Source: an uncultured Nitrospira sp.
GTDB lineage: Bacteria; Nitrospirota; Nitrospiria; SBBL01; JAADHI01
NCBI GenBank assembly: GCA_964451325.1
Contig: CAYVHO010000004.1
Coordinates: 22,254-86,253 of the forward strand
Reading direction: 5' to 3'
DNA: 64,000 nt
Part shown: positions 36,247 to 46,091 of the stretch, one piece after another
Layout: each line of letters starts with the position of its first letter
Numbering within the stretch: the stretch's first letter is position 1
The notes under the pieces: generated by a model
The model's input: only the letters and a program-made list of their open reading frames with translations
Told to the model about the DNA's origin: nothing
The model's database searches: none
Program-made: the position numbers and the translations under genes

Positions 36247-38358
36247 ATGTCATCCCAATTCCCCTGGAAAACCGATCTGCAATACATCAAAGGCATCGGT
36301 CCAAAACGGGCATTTCTACTCAAGAAACTCAATCTCTTTACCTTAGAAGATCTTCTCTATTTTGTGCCTTTTCGTTACGAAGATCGGGCCGAACTCAAAA
36401 AGATTGCCCAGCTTACAGCCGGAAAAATCGAAACGGTTGAAGGGGAGGTCATGGCGGTCAGTTTGACTGAAACGCCACGCAGACGCATGAAAATTGTGGA
36501 TGTAGCGATTTCAGATACTTCGGGTCTTTTGCATGCAAAATGGTTTAATCAGCAATATTTAAAAAACTACTTCAAAAAAGGCGACCGCGTGATGCTCTCC
36601 GGCCTTGTAAAAGCCAATCATTTCGGCGGGCGCACCATCGAAATGGAAAACCCCATCTACGAGCGGGTTGAGGCTGATGAGGCGCTACACATGGATCGCA
36701 TTGTCCCAGTGTATCACGAAATCAAAGGGTTCACGAATAAGCAAATTCGGTCGGTGATGAAACAGGTACTAGAACGCTACGCAGATCACATTCCTGAAAT
36801 GCTGCCTTTAGTTTTAATCGAAAGATATCGCCTGCTTCCGCTTTTTCAAGCCATTCAAGAAATACATTTCCCTTTGAAAGAAACCGATGTTTCTTTGTTA
36901 AATCAGGGCCGGGGGCCGGCGCATCGACGGCTGATTTTTGATGAGCTTTTTATTCTTCAAACGGGCTTGGCCTTGCGGAAAAAAGGGAGGTCTGAACAGG
37001 TTTCAGGTATTGCTTTTAAAATTGATACGCCTTCACCCACATCGCTTAAAAAACTATTGCCCTTTTCTTTGACTGACGCACAAGAACGTGTTCTTTCTGA
37101 AATTCGTGCCGATATGTCTAAACCCTTTGTGATGAGTCGGCTGATCCAAGGAGATGTGGGTTGCGGCAAAACGCTTGTGGCCTTGATGTCCATCTTAATT
37201 GCGATTGACAATCTCCAACAAACCGCACTCATGGCCCCAACAGAAATTCTGGCTGTGCAGCATTATTTCGCGCTGAAAACGTATTTGCAGGCCTTAGGAA
37301 AATCTGTGCTTTTACTCACCAGTGATATGAGAAAAAAGGCAAAAGATGAAGTTTTGGGGGCTGTTGCAGCAGGGGATTGTGATTTATTGATTGGCACACA
37401 TGCCTTGATCCAAAAAGCGGTCAATTTTAAAAACTTAGGGTTTGTGGTTGTGGATGAGCAGCATAAATTTGGCGTATTACAGCGTGTGACTTTGCTCAAA
37501 AAAGGCATACAGCCTGACTTATTGATTATGACGGCGACTCCCATTCCCCGAACTTTGGCCCTGACGCTTTATGGAGATTTGAGTCTTTCGGTCATCGATG
37601 AATTGCCTCCGGGTCGTTCTCCGATTCACACACGTTTGCATTATGGCAATAAACGGGATGTGGTTTATCGTTTTATCGCGACTGAGATTCAAAAGGGGAG
37701 ACAGGCCTTTGTGGTTTGCCCCTTGGTAGAAATCTCTGAAAAACTGGATCTAAAAGCCGCAACAGAGCGTTTTGAATATTTTAAAAATGAGGTTTTTCCT
37801 GGGCTCAGTCTCGCGCTTTTACATGGGAAAATGAAAAGAGATGAAAAAGAAGCGGTCATGGCTGCATTTAAAGACGGAAAAATTAATTTACTGGTCGCGA
37901 CAACGGTGGTCGAGGTGGGTATTGATATTCCAAACGCGACGGTCATGGCGATTGAGCATGCGGAGCGTTTTGGTCTGTCCCAACTGCATCAGCTTCGGGG
38001 GCGCGTGGGCCGAGGAAGGGAGCAGTCTTATTGTCTCATGATTGCGGATTATCCCATCTCAAAAGAGGGCAAGCGGCGTTTGAAGGCCATGGTGCAAACG
38101 ACAGATGGGTTTAAGATTGCAGAAGAAGATTTGTCGATTCGTGGGCCAGGGGAATTCTTTGGTACAAAACAGTCGGGGCTTCCCAAACTGCAAGTGGCAA
38201 ACTTGATGAGAGATGTTAAAATATTAGAGATTGCGCGAAAAGAGGCTTTTAACTGGGTGTTAAAACACCCGATGCTTCAAGATGTGGAAAGCCAGCCCAT
38301 TCGAGCCTTTCTTGAAAGGAAGTGGCACGGCAAGTTAGAATGGCTTTCCATTGCCTAA
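36247..38358 (+). CDS. recG: ATP-dependent DNA helicase RecG.
   Basis: 703 aa with N-terminal wedge/OB domain, helicase motifs I (GDVGCGKT), II (DEQH), III (TATPIPRT) and VI (QLHQLRGRVGRG), and the TRG motif. Confidence 0.95.
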   Translation: MSSQFPWKTDLQYIKGIGPKRAFLLKKLNLFTLEDLLYFVPFRYEDRAELKKIAQLTAGKIETVEGEVMAVSLTETPRRRMKIVDVAISDTSGLLHAKWFNQQYLKNYFKKGDRVMLSGLVKANHFGGRTIEMENPIYERVEADEALHMDRIVPVYHEIKGFTNKQIRSVMKQVLERYADHIPEMLPLVLIERYRLLPLFQAIQEIHFPLKETDVSLLNQGRGPAHRRLIFDELFILQTGLALRKKGRSEQVSGIAFKIDTPSPTSLKKLLPFSLTDAQERVLSEIRADMSKPFVMSRLIQGDVGCGKTLVALMSILIAIDNLQQTALMAPTEILAVQHYFALKTYLQALGKSVLLLTSDMRKKAKDEVLGAVAAGDCDLLIGTHALIQKAVNFKNLGFVVVDEQHKFGVLQRVTLLKKGIQPDLLIMTATPIPRTLALTLYGDLSLSVIDELPPGRSPIHTRLHYGNKRDVVYRFIATEIQKGRQAFVVCPLVEISEKLDLKAATERFEYFKNEVFPGLSLALLHGKMKRDEKEAVMAAFKDGKINLLVATTVVEVGIDIPNATVMAIEHAERFGLSQLHQLRGRVGRGREQSYCLMIADYPISKEGKRRLKAMVQTTDGFKIAEEDLSIRGPGEFFGTKQSGLPKLQVANLMRDVKILEIARKEAFNWVLKHPMLQDVESQPIRAFLERKWHGKLEWLSIA

Positions 38359-38385
38359 AATAAAATCAGTAGAGCTGAATCAGAG

Positions 38386-38793
38386 ATGAAATTTTCTTTT
38401 AGTACCTTTACGAATAAAGGTTTGGCGCTCATTGAGCGTCTGACTGCCCGCACAACTTGGAAAGACGATCTCAGTCGGGGATTTCACATGATTTTTACGG
38501 GAGGCGTTTTTCTGGCCGATCGTTCTTTTTCTGAGCTTGAAACCATACGGCTTCGGCGGCAACTGGAACAGATCGAAGAAAAACTTTCTTTGGTTTATCT
38601 AAGACTGGGAAAAAAAAGTATGGATCACTGGAACCATCGACAGAATTTGGACGAGAAAGAAAAAAATAAAATCTTTCAAAAAATTGACAGCCTTCTCCAA
38701 GAACAAGAAAAGCTCACGGCGCAAATCGCTGCGACAAAAAATACGCCGCCATCAGATTTTTCAAAACCACCTGAGTCTCTTTCGGATCAATAA
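38386..38793 (+). CDS. Hypothetical coiled-coil protein.
   Basis: 135-aa charged helical sequence with no recognisable domain. Follows recG by 27 nt. Confidence 0.3.
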   Translation: MKFSFSTFTNKGLALIERLTARTTWKDDLSRGFHMIFTGGVFLADRSFSELETIRLRRQLEQIEEKLSLVYLRLGKKSMDHWNHRQNLDEKEKNKIFQKIDSLLQEQEKLTAQIAATKNTPPSDFSKPPESLSDQ

Positions 38794-38976
38794 GGAAAAC
38801 CTCTTTCTGTTTCAGACTATGATTTGCGAGAAGTGATTTTATTGGATCGTTTCATGCAAACTTCTCAAACTTGATCATTCAAGACCGATATTCCTGCTTT
38901 TCTGCTATTGCTTTCTGAGGGATGCAACAGTAGACTGTCGCGTCACTTCCTGTTTAACTTTCACGAGAGGTCCGAG

Positions 38977-39417
38977 ATGTTTTTTGCAATAATACGATCC
39001 CTAAAGATATGGACTGTTTTGACCTTCCTGATTGCCACTTATGTTTTGATGTCTTTTTCGGTCATGAATGCACAGGCCGAAAACCCTTCAGCCGCTGAAA
39101 TTGAACAGTATGTGCGTGCAAGAATTGATATGGGTGAAAACATCGGTGCATTTTTCAAAAATCGGGAACGACCTCAATTTGGCCCTGAAGGCGGCCCCTC
39201 TATGGAGGCTTTGCAAAAATTGACCGATGAAATCAATACCTTCGTCGGAAATATCTTGTCGAAACATGAACTCACCATCGAAACATATCAGAAAAGAAGC
39301 CCTGATGTTTTTGCAGACAAGGCGGGTGTAAGTGCGTTTCTTGATGCTCACCCAGACCTCAAAAAAAGATATGAAGTGCTTCCTCAAAACCCCATGGGTG
39401 GGCGGAGAAGCCATTAA
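38977..39417 (+). CDS. Hypothetical secreted protein.
   Basis: Start at the internal MFFAIIRSL.. of the listed ORF gives a signal-peptide-like N-terminus (..[11 protein letters not shown]). No recognised domain. Confidence 0.3.
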   Translation: MFFAIIRSLKIWTVLTFLIATYVLMSFSVMNAQAENPSAAEIEQYVRARIDMGENIGAFFKNRERPQFGPEGGPSMEALQKLTDEINTFVGNILSKHELTIETYQKRSPDVFADKAGVSAFLDAHPDLKKRYEVLPQNPMGGRRSH

Positions 39418-39464
39418 CTCATCCGCAATCGATAGGCTTTAAAAGAATTTCTGGAAAATTTGAA

Positions 39465-40409
39465 ATGAAAAAAAAACGCATTGCAGTAACCGGAGGCGCG
39501 GGTTTTCTGGGTTCGCATTTATGTGAACGCTTGCTTAACGACGGGCACGAAGTACTCTGTATTGACAATTATTATACCGGCAGCAAAGAAAACATCGCCC
39601 ATTTAATCTCAAACCCCTATTTTGAGCTGATACGTCACGATGTTTGTTTTCCGATTTATATTGAAGTGGACGAAATTTACAACTTGGCCTGTCCAGCATC
39701 ACCCGTTCATTATCAATCGGACCCGGTTCAAACCACAAAAACATCCGTGCATGGCGCAATTAACATGTTGGGTTTGGCCAAACGGCTCAAAATAAAAATA
39801 TTTCAGGCATCAACTTCTGAGGTTTACGGCGATCCACTGGTGCATCCACAGATAGAATCCTATTGGGGGAATGTTAACCCGATTGGGGTTCGATCCTGTT
39901 ACGACGAGGGAAAACGATGTGCCGAGACACTTTTTTTTGATTATCATCGTCAGCACGGTCTAGAAATCAAAGTCGCACGAATTTTTAATACCTATGGCCC
40001 GAGGATGTATCAAAATGACGGACGGGTGGTTTCAAACTTTATTGTGCAAGCCCTTAGAAATGAACCGATTACCATTTATGGGGACGGAAAACAGACCCGT
40101 TCTTTTTGTTTTGCAAGCGATATGGTAGATGCTTTTGTACGATTGATGAATAGTCCTGATGGATTTACGGGGCCAGTCAATCTGGGCAATCCAAATGAAT
40201 GTGATATGTTGGTTCTGGCTGAAAAAATCATTGAGTTGACGGCATCAGGCTCAAAAGTTGTTTTCCAGCCACTTCCCAGTGATGATCCCACACGCAGACG
40301 GCCTGATATTACCGTGGCTCAAAAAATACTGGGCTGGCAACCAAAAATCCCTTTGCAAGAAGGTCTTCAGAAAACGATCGACTATTTTCAAAAAGCAGGT
40401 GTTTCTTAG
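39465..40409 (+). CDS. UDP-glucuronate decarboxylase (UDP-xylose synthase), a short-chain dehydrogenase/reductase-family enzyme.
   Basis: GGAGFLGSH Rossmann motif and the YxxxK catalytic motif (..SCYDEGKR..). Strong resemblance to UXS/ArnA-decarboxylase-type enzymes. Confidence 0.82.
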   Translation: MKKKRIAVTGGAGFLGSHLCERLLNDGHEVLCIDNYYTGSKENIAHLISNPYFELIRHDVCFPIYIEVDEIYNLACPASPVHYQSDPVQTTKTSVHGAINMLGLAKRLKIKIFQASTSEVYGDPLVHPQIESYWGNVNPIGVRSCYDEGKRCAETLFFDYHRQHGLEIKVARIFNTYGPRMYQNDGRVVSNFIVQALRNEPITIYGDGKQTRSFCFASDMVDAFVRLMNSPDGFTGPVNLGNPNECDMLVLAEKIIELTASGSKVVFQPLPSDDPTRRRPDITVAQKILGWQPKIPLQEGLQKTIDYFQKAGVS

Positions 40410-40513
40410 CGAAGATGTGTTTGTGCGAGTTCTGTCTGCATTCCCTTATCTTGAAGGTTAGGTCCTCCTCTGGTATAAGTGATACAACTTGTTTCAATTG
40501 TTAATGACGGAGG

Positions 40514-41449
40514 ATGAGTATCTCAGTGAGATCTGTGGACGATTCGAATAGTAGTGAGGATGAGGTTGAGCTCATTGACTTGCTTCGTACGATTTGGGCC
40601 CGTCGTTACTTTATTATCCTTACAACCCTAAGCCTGATCCTGATCGCTGGCGTGGGCATGCAAATGCTTCCCAAAAAATACGAAACAACCGCGCTGATTC
40701 AAATCGGACGGGTCTGGGAAAAGGAAATCGAAAACCCTTATTTAACACGAGAATGGATGGGGAGTGATGCTTTTTTATTAAGAATCATTGAAAAACTCAA
40801 CTTAAATATCACGCCACAAGAAATGAGAGAAAAAAAGCGGATTCAGGCCGAAGTATTAGAAAGTGGTCCCTCTGGGAAAAAGGTGCCGCTTTTACTTTCT
40901 CTGCGTGTTCAGGGTGAAGTCCCGCAGCAGACGGTCAAGATTGCCGAGACCGTTTCCCGTTTTTTAATCGAAAAGCACCACGCAAGGTTTCAGGAACGGC
41001 TTCAGGAACATCAGGTCTATGAAGAGAGCCTGACTCAGAATGTAGCGCAGATTGAAACAGCCATTCGTGGGCTTGAAGTCTTAATCGAAAAGCAGCAGAT
41101 GAAACCCGTTGTCAATGCACCTTCGGTCATTCTCTTGCAATCTCAACTGGAGCAGAAAAATGTACAGCTTCTTGAGTTTAAACGGGAACTAAAAGATACG
41201 CGAATCAATAACAACTCAAAAATAATAACAGAAAATACCCGTTTAATTGCTGCGCCGATTATTCCGACAAAACCTGTTGGTCCTCGAATTTTTCTGTTTT
41301 CTGCCGTGGCCGGGGTACTGGGGTTTTTTAGCGCACTCTGTCTCGCTTTTTTCTTGGAATATTTGAAGCAGGTAAGGTCAAGTGAACTTGAATCTATAAA
41401 CTTAAGAAAGAAAAAAAGAGAAAAGAGGAAGATTAGTGAGTTGATGTAG
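40514..41449 (+). CDS. Wzz-like polysaccharide chain-length determinant (PCP family) protein.
   Basis: Wzz-type N-terminus (..IDLLRTIWARRYFIILTTLSLILIAG..), a periplasmic coiled-coil region, and a C-terminal TM segment (..IFLFSAVAGVLGFFSALCLAFFLEYL). Confidence 0.55.
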   Translation: MSISVRSVDDSNSSEDEVELIDLLRTIWARRYFIILTTLSLILIAGVGMQMLPKKYETTALIQIGRVWEKEIENPYLTREWMGSDAFLLRIIEKLNLNITPQEMREKKRIQAEVLESGPSGKKVPLLLSLRVQGEVPQQTVKIAETVSRFLIEKHHARFQERLQEHQVYEESLTQNVAQIETAIRGLEVLIEKQQMKPVVNAPSVILLQSQLEQKNVQLLEFKRELKDTRINNNSKIITENTRLIAAPIIPTKPVGPRIFLFSAVAGVLGFFSALCLAFFLEYLKQVRSSELESINLRKKKREKRKISELM

Positions 41450-41519
41450 TTTCATGATTTTTTTGTCTTTTTCTAGGTTCTTTTGATTCTGTGTTAATCT
41501 GCTTGTATTCGGAGATCTC

Positions 41520-42941
41520 TTGGGAAATGAATTGAAATATAAAAAGGAAATCAAGCCTTTCTATAAACCGGAAGACCTTCAGGAAGATGAAATTGACTTA
41601 CTCACATTATGGCGAGTATTGGTAAAAAGAAAAAAAGTTATTTTTTGGACGACTTCTCTGGCCGCAATTTCAGGGTTTGTATTTTCCTTCTCACAAACGC
41701 CTGTTTACGAAGTCAAATCAAATCTGGAAATCGGGCACATCGGAGAAACTTTGATTGAAGCACCACAAGTACTGCAAAGAACCCTCAAAATTGTTTTTAA
41801 GGTCGATCCTGAGAGACCGACTTCTGATGAAGTGAATGATTTGATCGTGTCGAGTATTTCTTTGGATAAAAACGCTGAAAATTTTTTGCGTATCAAAACA
41901 GAAGGTCTATCCAAAAATGAAGCCCTCAAAAAAAATGAGGAAGTTGTTCAATATGTTCAGGATCGTTTTCAGAACAAAATTGACCAATATATCCTAAGAA
42001 ATAAAAACCAAATAAGGAATATTCAAAGAGAGATCGTCCATATTGGTACTGTTGAGATAAAAGAGATTGATGCGCGGATCAAGCTCCTAAAAACACAGAA
42101 TATTGTTAAAATTGATGAAGAAATTCAGCGTCTAAAAACCCAAGACCTTGTCAAAATTGATGAAAACCTTGAACGATTAAAAACACAGGATGTTGTTAGA
42201 ATTGATGAAAAAATACATCGCCTAAAAACACAGGATATCCTTAAAATTGACGAAAAAATTGAGTTTTTTCAAAAAGTGAAACTGGTATCTCTTCAAGCCA
42301 AAATTGACTTTCAAATTAAAAAGTTGAATGAATACAGTCATTCTGTCGGAGAAATTAACAGCCTCAAAGAAACAGACACAACATCTTCGATGATTTCTTC
42401 CATACAAATGCTGAATTATCAAAATTTAATTTTAAACGCTCAAAAAGACATCGAAGATCTAAAATTAAACAGGAGTGTTATTTTAAACGAAACAATTCCC
42501 GAACTCTTAAGACAAAAAGAGAATATTCTTAAAGTGAGTATCAAAGATTTAAATATTAGGAAAAACAACATTTTGAATGTCGATATAAAAAATCTTGTGA
42601 TGCAAAAAGAAAATATTTCAAATGTAAGCATTGCAAACCTTCAAAGGAATAAAAATAAAATACAAAACGAAACAATCAGAAAGCTGGAAAATCGACGGAA
42701 TATTGTCTTGAAGGCAAAAACGGCTAAACTGAGAGAAGAGATGGAAACCCTTGAGTTCAATATTTCGAAAGAAAATTTACAAAATGCTGAGGTCGTTGGG
42801 GATTACCTTGTTTATGAATATCCCTTGCGACCACGAAAAAAACTCATCATCTCTCTCGCATTTTTGATGGGCCTTTTTTTGTCAGTTGTATCGGTATTTT
42901 TACTCGAATCTGTTCGTAATCAGAAATTGCAGCGCACTTAG
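41520..42941 (+). CDS. Second Wzz-like (PCP) protein with an extended repetitive coiled-coil periplasmic domain.
   Basis: Wzz-type N-terminus (..IDLLTLWRVLVKRKKVIFWTTSLAAISG..), a C-terminal TM segment (..ISLAFLMGLFLSVVSVFLLESV), and 4 x 16-aa in-frame tandem repeats (LKTQ[DN]xVKIDExIxR). Confidence 0.55.
   Translation: MGNELKYKKEIKPFYKPEDLQEDEIDLLTLWRVLVKRKKVIFWTTSLAAISGFVFSFSQTPVYEVKSNLEIGHIGETLIEAPQVLQRTLKIVFKVDPERPTSDEVNDLIVSSISLDKNAENFLRIKTEGLSKNEALKKNEEVVQYVQDRFQNKIDQYILRNKNQIRNIQREIVHIGTVEIKEIDARIKLLKTQNIVKIDEEIQRLKTQDLVKIDENLERLKTQDVVRIDEKIHRLKTQDILKIDEKIEFFQKVKLVSLQAKIDFQIKKLNEYSHSVGEINSLKETDTTSSMISSIQMLNYQNLILNAQKDIEDLKLNRSVILNETIPELLRQKENILKVSIKDLNIRKNNILNVDIKNLVMQKENISNVSIANLQRNKNKIQNETIRKLENRRNIVLKAKTAKLREEMETLEFNISKENLQNAEVVGDYLVYEYPLRPRKKLIISLAFLMGLFLSVVSVFLLESVRNQKLQRT
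42080..42270 (+). repeat. Four tandem copies of a 48-bp unit, in frame, within the Wzz-like gene.
   Basis: (c)taaaaaca cag/caa gat/aat nttgttaaaattgatgaa...: units start near 42086, 42134, 42182 and 42230. Confidence 0.7.
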
Positions 42942-42989
42942 TGCTTCTTCGATCAAATAGCGCTGCATCACTGCAATCGGAACTTCTAA

Positions 42990-43397
42990 ATGGATGAAAC
43001 ATTAGGAACCCATGTCATTCACACATTGCTCGACCAGTTTCCGGATATCATAGTCGTTTATCGCTTTGGAAGCTGGGGTACCCCACAGGTGCGCAGCGAC
43101 AGTGACATTGATCTGGAAATTCTGTCTGGGCAGAAATTATCCAACCTCGATCGCTGGGAATTGTCACAAAAGTTTGCACAGGTCATTTCCCGTGATGTTG
43201 ATCTGGTCGATCTATCCGGGGCATCAACGGTGATGCGATTACAGGTTGTGGCCTATGGGGAGCGAATTTATTGCGCTGATGAGGCGATGACCAATCGATT
43301 TGAAACCACGGTCTACGCTGCTTATGCAAGATTGAACGAGGAACGGCGTGAAATCCTGTCGGACATCCGGGACAGAGGGCGCGTATATGCCCAATGA
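42990..43397 (+). CDS. mnt: Minimal nucleotidyltransferase (MNT) antitoxin of a HepT/MNT toxin-antitoxin pair.
   Basis: Nucleotidyltransferase motif ..VYRFGSWGTPQVRSDSDIDLEI.. (GSx9-13DxD). Stop overlaps the start of the downstream HepT-like ORF (ATGcccaaTGA). Confidence 0.8.
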   Translation: MDETLGTHVIHTLLDQFPDIIVVYRFGSWGTPQVRSDSDIDLEILSGQKLSNLDRWELSQKFAQVISRDVDLVDLSGASTVMRLQVVAYGERIYCADEAMTNRFETTVYAAYARLNEERREILSDIRDRGRVYAQ

Positions 43398-43799
43398 CGT
43401 TTTACTCAACGAGGTTGGAATTATTGAACGCTGCCTGCATCGTATTGACGAAGAATATCGTGGACATGAAGACGAACTTGACAGAAATTATACCCGTCAG
43501 GATTCAATAATCCTCAACAGCCAACGTGCCTATGAAGCATCAATAGATGCAGCCACGCATGTTGTGCGCCTGCGGAATCTGGGCATCCACAAGATAGCCG
43601 AGAAGCTTTTCTTTTGTTGAGCGAAGCAGGGATCTTGCCAGTCAGCTTATCTGATCAACTTCAGACCATGGTTGGATTTCGCAATATCGCAGTGCATGAT
43701 TACCGAAAGTTGAATCTTGAAATTGTGCGAAATATTATTCAAAAGCGGCTTCCTGATTTTCGTGAGTTTTCGAAAATTGTTTTGGAGTTGGCTTTTTAG
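43387..43799 (+). pseudogene. hepT: HepT (DUF86/HEPN) toxin gene interrupted by a -1/+2 frameshift in a T-run near 43600-43612.
   Basis: The N-terminal part (MPNDVLLNEVGIIERCLHRIDEEY...) and the C-terminal part carrying the HEPN Rx4HxY motif (..MVGFRNIAVHDYRKL..) lie in different frames (listed ORFs 43348-43620 and 43614-43799). One extra T in ..gcttttcttttgttg.. would join them. Confidence 0.7.
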
Positions 43800-43909
43800 G
43801 CATAATTAGGCATTAAGAATTTAAGGTTGTGTAGGTGTATTACTGTAAACGAAACGATCCTAAATTCTATAAGTGAACACAGATTCGCAATGCTAATGAA
43901 GGGAAGTTT

Positions 43910-44920
43910 ATGCTAAATAACAAATCAATACTCATTACTGGCGGCACGGGTTCTTTTGGCAAAGCTTTCGTCAAAACTGTTTTCAGTCGCTATCCAGATA
44001 TCAAGCGTCTTGTCGTATATTCCCGAGACGAACTCAAGCAATTCGAGATGTCTCAACAGTTTCAAGAAAGTTCCCATAAAGGGATTCGCTATTTCATTGG
44101 AGATGTACGTGACCAAAATCGCCTGCGCCGAGCAATGGAAGGTATCGACATGGTGATCCATGCTGCTGCACTTAAGCAAGTGCCAGCTGCTGAATATAAT
44201 CCCTTTGAATGCATCAAAACCAATGTATTCGGAGCACAGAACGTGATCGAAGCTTGTCTGGATAACGATGTGCAACGCGTAGTAGCACTCTCTACCGATA
44301 AGGCTGCCGCACCGATTAATCTTTACGGTGCCACCAAACTCTGCTCGGACAAGTTATTTATTGCTGCTAACAACATTAAAGGTCATCGAGATATCCGCTT
44401 TAGTGTAGTTCGATATGGGAATGTAATGGGAAGTCGTGGTTCAGTGATTCCATACTTCCTAAAAAAACGCCCCAGTAAGGCATTGCCCATTACTGATCCT
44501 GCTATGACGCGTTTTAACATTAGCCTGCAAGAAGGTGTTGACATGGTGTTGTGGTCGCTGGAAAATGCCTGGGGAGGGGAAGTTTTAGTGCCCAAAATCC
44601 CGTCTTACCGCATCACCGATGTCGCCAATGCCATTGGCCCAGAGTGTGAGCATCCGATAATTGGCGTGCGCCCTGGCGAAAAAATCCACGAAGAAATGAT
44701 TACCACCAGTGATAGTTTCAATACTGTAGACATAGGTGCTTATTACGCAATTTTACCTTCTGGAGGTACCTACAGTATTTCAGAATATTGCATTAAAACA
44801 GGCGCAAAACTAGTGGAACCAGGTTTTTGCTACAACAGTGGCAGCAATACCGATTATTTGACTGTCGATGAGCTACGCAATCTAATTAAAACGCATGTCA
44901 ACCCTGAGCATAGCGTTTAA
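43910..44920 (+). CDS. pseB: UDP-N-acetylglucosamine 4,6-dehydratase (inverting), PseB/FlaA1-like.
   Basis: ..ILITGGTGSFGKAF.. Rossmann motif. 336-aa short PseB/CapD-type dehydratase. First gene of the pse cluster. Confidence 0.85.
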   Translation: MLNNKSILITGGTGSFGKAFVKTVFSRYPDIKRLVVYSRDELKQFEMSQQFQESSHKGIRYFIGDVRDQNRLRRAMEGIDMVIHAAALKQVPAAEYNPFECIKTNVFGAQNVIEACLDNDVQRVVALSTDKAAAPINLYGATKLCSDKLFIAANNIKGHRDIRFSVVRYGNVMGSRGSVIPYFLKKRPSKALPITDPAMTRFNISLQEGVDMVLWSLENAWGGEVLVPKIPSYRITDVANAIGPECEHPIIGVRPGEKIHEEMITTSDSFNTVDIGAYYAILPSGGTYSISEYCIKTGAKLVEPGFCYNSGSNTDYLTVDELRNLIKTHVNPEHSV

Positions 44921-44924
44921 TTCC

Positions 44925-46091
44925 ATGCGTGTGATTCCATACGGTCGTCAAGATATCTCGGAAGCTGATATTCAGGTCGTGGTGGACGTATTACGCTCTG
45001 ATTTTCTCACGCAGGGTTCCGTCGTCCCAGCGTTTGAGAAAGCCGTCACCACTTACTGTGGGACAGAGCATGCGGTAGCGGTCAACAGTGGCACGAGCGC
45101 TCTGCATATTGCTTGCTTGGCTCTTGGTGTGGGCCCAGGCGATATTGTCTGGACCAGTCCCATCACATTTGTGGCGAGTGCAAACTGTGCACTTTATTGT
45201 GGAGCACAGGTTGATTTTGTGGACATTGATTTGAGTACATACAACATGTGCGTTGAACGGTTAGCAGAAAAATTAGCACAGGCTGAGAAATCAGGTTGTC
45301 TCCCAAAAGTAGTAATCTCAGTACATTTATGCGGACATCCTTGTGAGATGGCCAGTATCCATGCCTTGAGCCAACGCTATGGCTTCAGAATCATTGAAGA
45401 TGCATCTCATGCTATTGGCGGTAAATATAAGGACAAGCCGATTGGTAGTTGTGACTACAGCGACATCACTGTGTTTAGTTTTCATCCCGTCAAAACCATT
45501 ACAACCGGAGAGGGTGGTATGGCCTTGACTAACAACTCTCAACTAGCCAAACATATGCAGCGATTACGTAGCCATGGGATTACCCGAAATGAGGCAGATA
45601 TGACTCACCCATCAGAGGGTCCTTGGTACTATCAACAGGTCGATTTGGGTTTTAATTATCGCATGACAGATCTGCAAGCCGCCTTGGGTTTAAGTCAAAT
45701 GCAACGTCTGGATACATTTGTGAGCAAACGACATGATATCGCTCGAAGATATGATAGACTACTGGCCGATTTGCCAATTATCAGGCCTTGGCAGCATCCA
45801 GAAAGTTATTCTGGAATGCATCTCTACGTGGTTCGTCTTGAACTCAATGAAATCAAAAAAAAACATCGTGAGGTATTCAAATCGCTAAGAGAAGCTTCTA
45901 TTGGTGTAAACCTGCATTACATCCCGGTGTACTCTCAGCCTTATTACGTCGATCTGGGGTTTAAACCAGGCTACTGTCCAACAGCAGAGCAGTATTACGC
46001 AGAGGCAATTAGCTTGCCGTTATATCCGATGCTGACCGATGAACAGCAGAATGAGGTACTAACTGCTCTAATAGAGGCAATCAAACCATGA
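44925..46091 (+). CDS. pseC: UDP-4-amino-4,6-dideoxy-N-acetyl-beta-L-altrosamine transaminase (DegT/DnrJ/EryC1 family).
   Basis: Start taken at MRVIPYGRQDI.. (typical PseC N-terminus). PLP-lysine region ..SFHPVKTITTGEGG... Follows pseB. Confidence 0.85.
   Translation: MRVIPYGRQDISEADIQVVVDVLRSDFLTQGSVVPAFEKAVTTYCGTEHAVAVNSGTSALHIACLALGVGPGDIVWTSPITFVASANCALYCGAQVDFVDIDLSTYNMCVERLAEKLAQAEKSGCLPKVVISVHLCGHPCEMASIHALSQRYGFRIIEDASHAIGGKYKDKPIGSCDYSDITVFSFHPVKTITTGEGGMALTNNSQLAKHMQRLRSHGITRNEADMTHPSEGPWYYQQVDLGFNYRMTDLQAALGLSQMQRLDTFVSKRHDIARRYDRLLADLPIIRPWQHPESYSGMHLYVVRLELNEIKKKHREVFKSLREASIGVNLHYIPVYSQPYYVDLGFKPGYCPTAEQYYAEAISLPLYPMLTDEQQNEVLTALIEAIKP

Noticed and set aside
39880-39905. A tRNA-like GGTTCGATCC motif.
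   Set aside because: It lies inside the UDP-xylose synthase coding frame, with no flanking cloverleaf elements. No tRNA or rRNA genes were recognised anywhere in the window.
42080-42700. A possible CRISPR array, suggested by regularly spaced repeats.
   Set aside because: The repeats are 48-bp in-frame coding units inside a Wzz-like ORF that encode a coiled-coil heptad-like motif. There are no unique spacers, no partially palindromic CRISPR repeat and no cas genes nearby.
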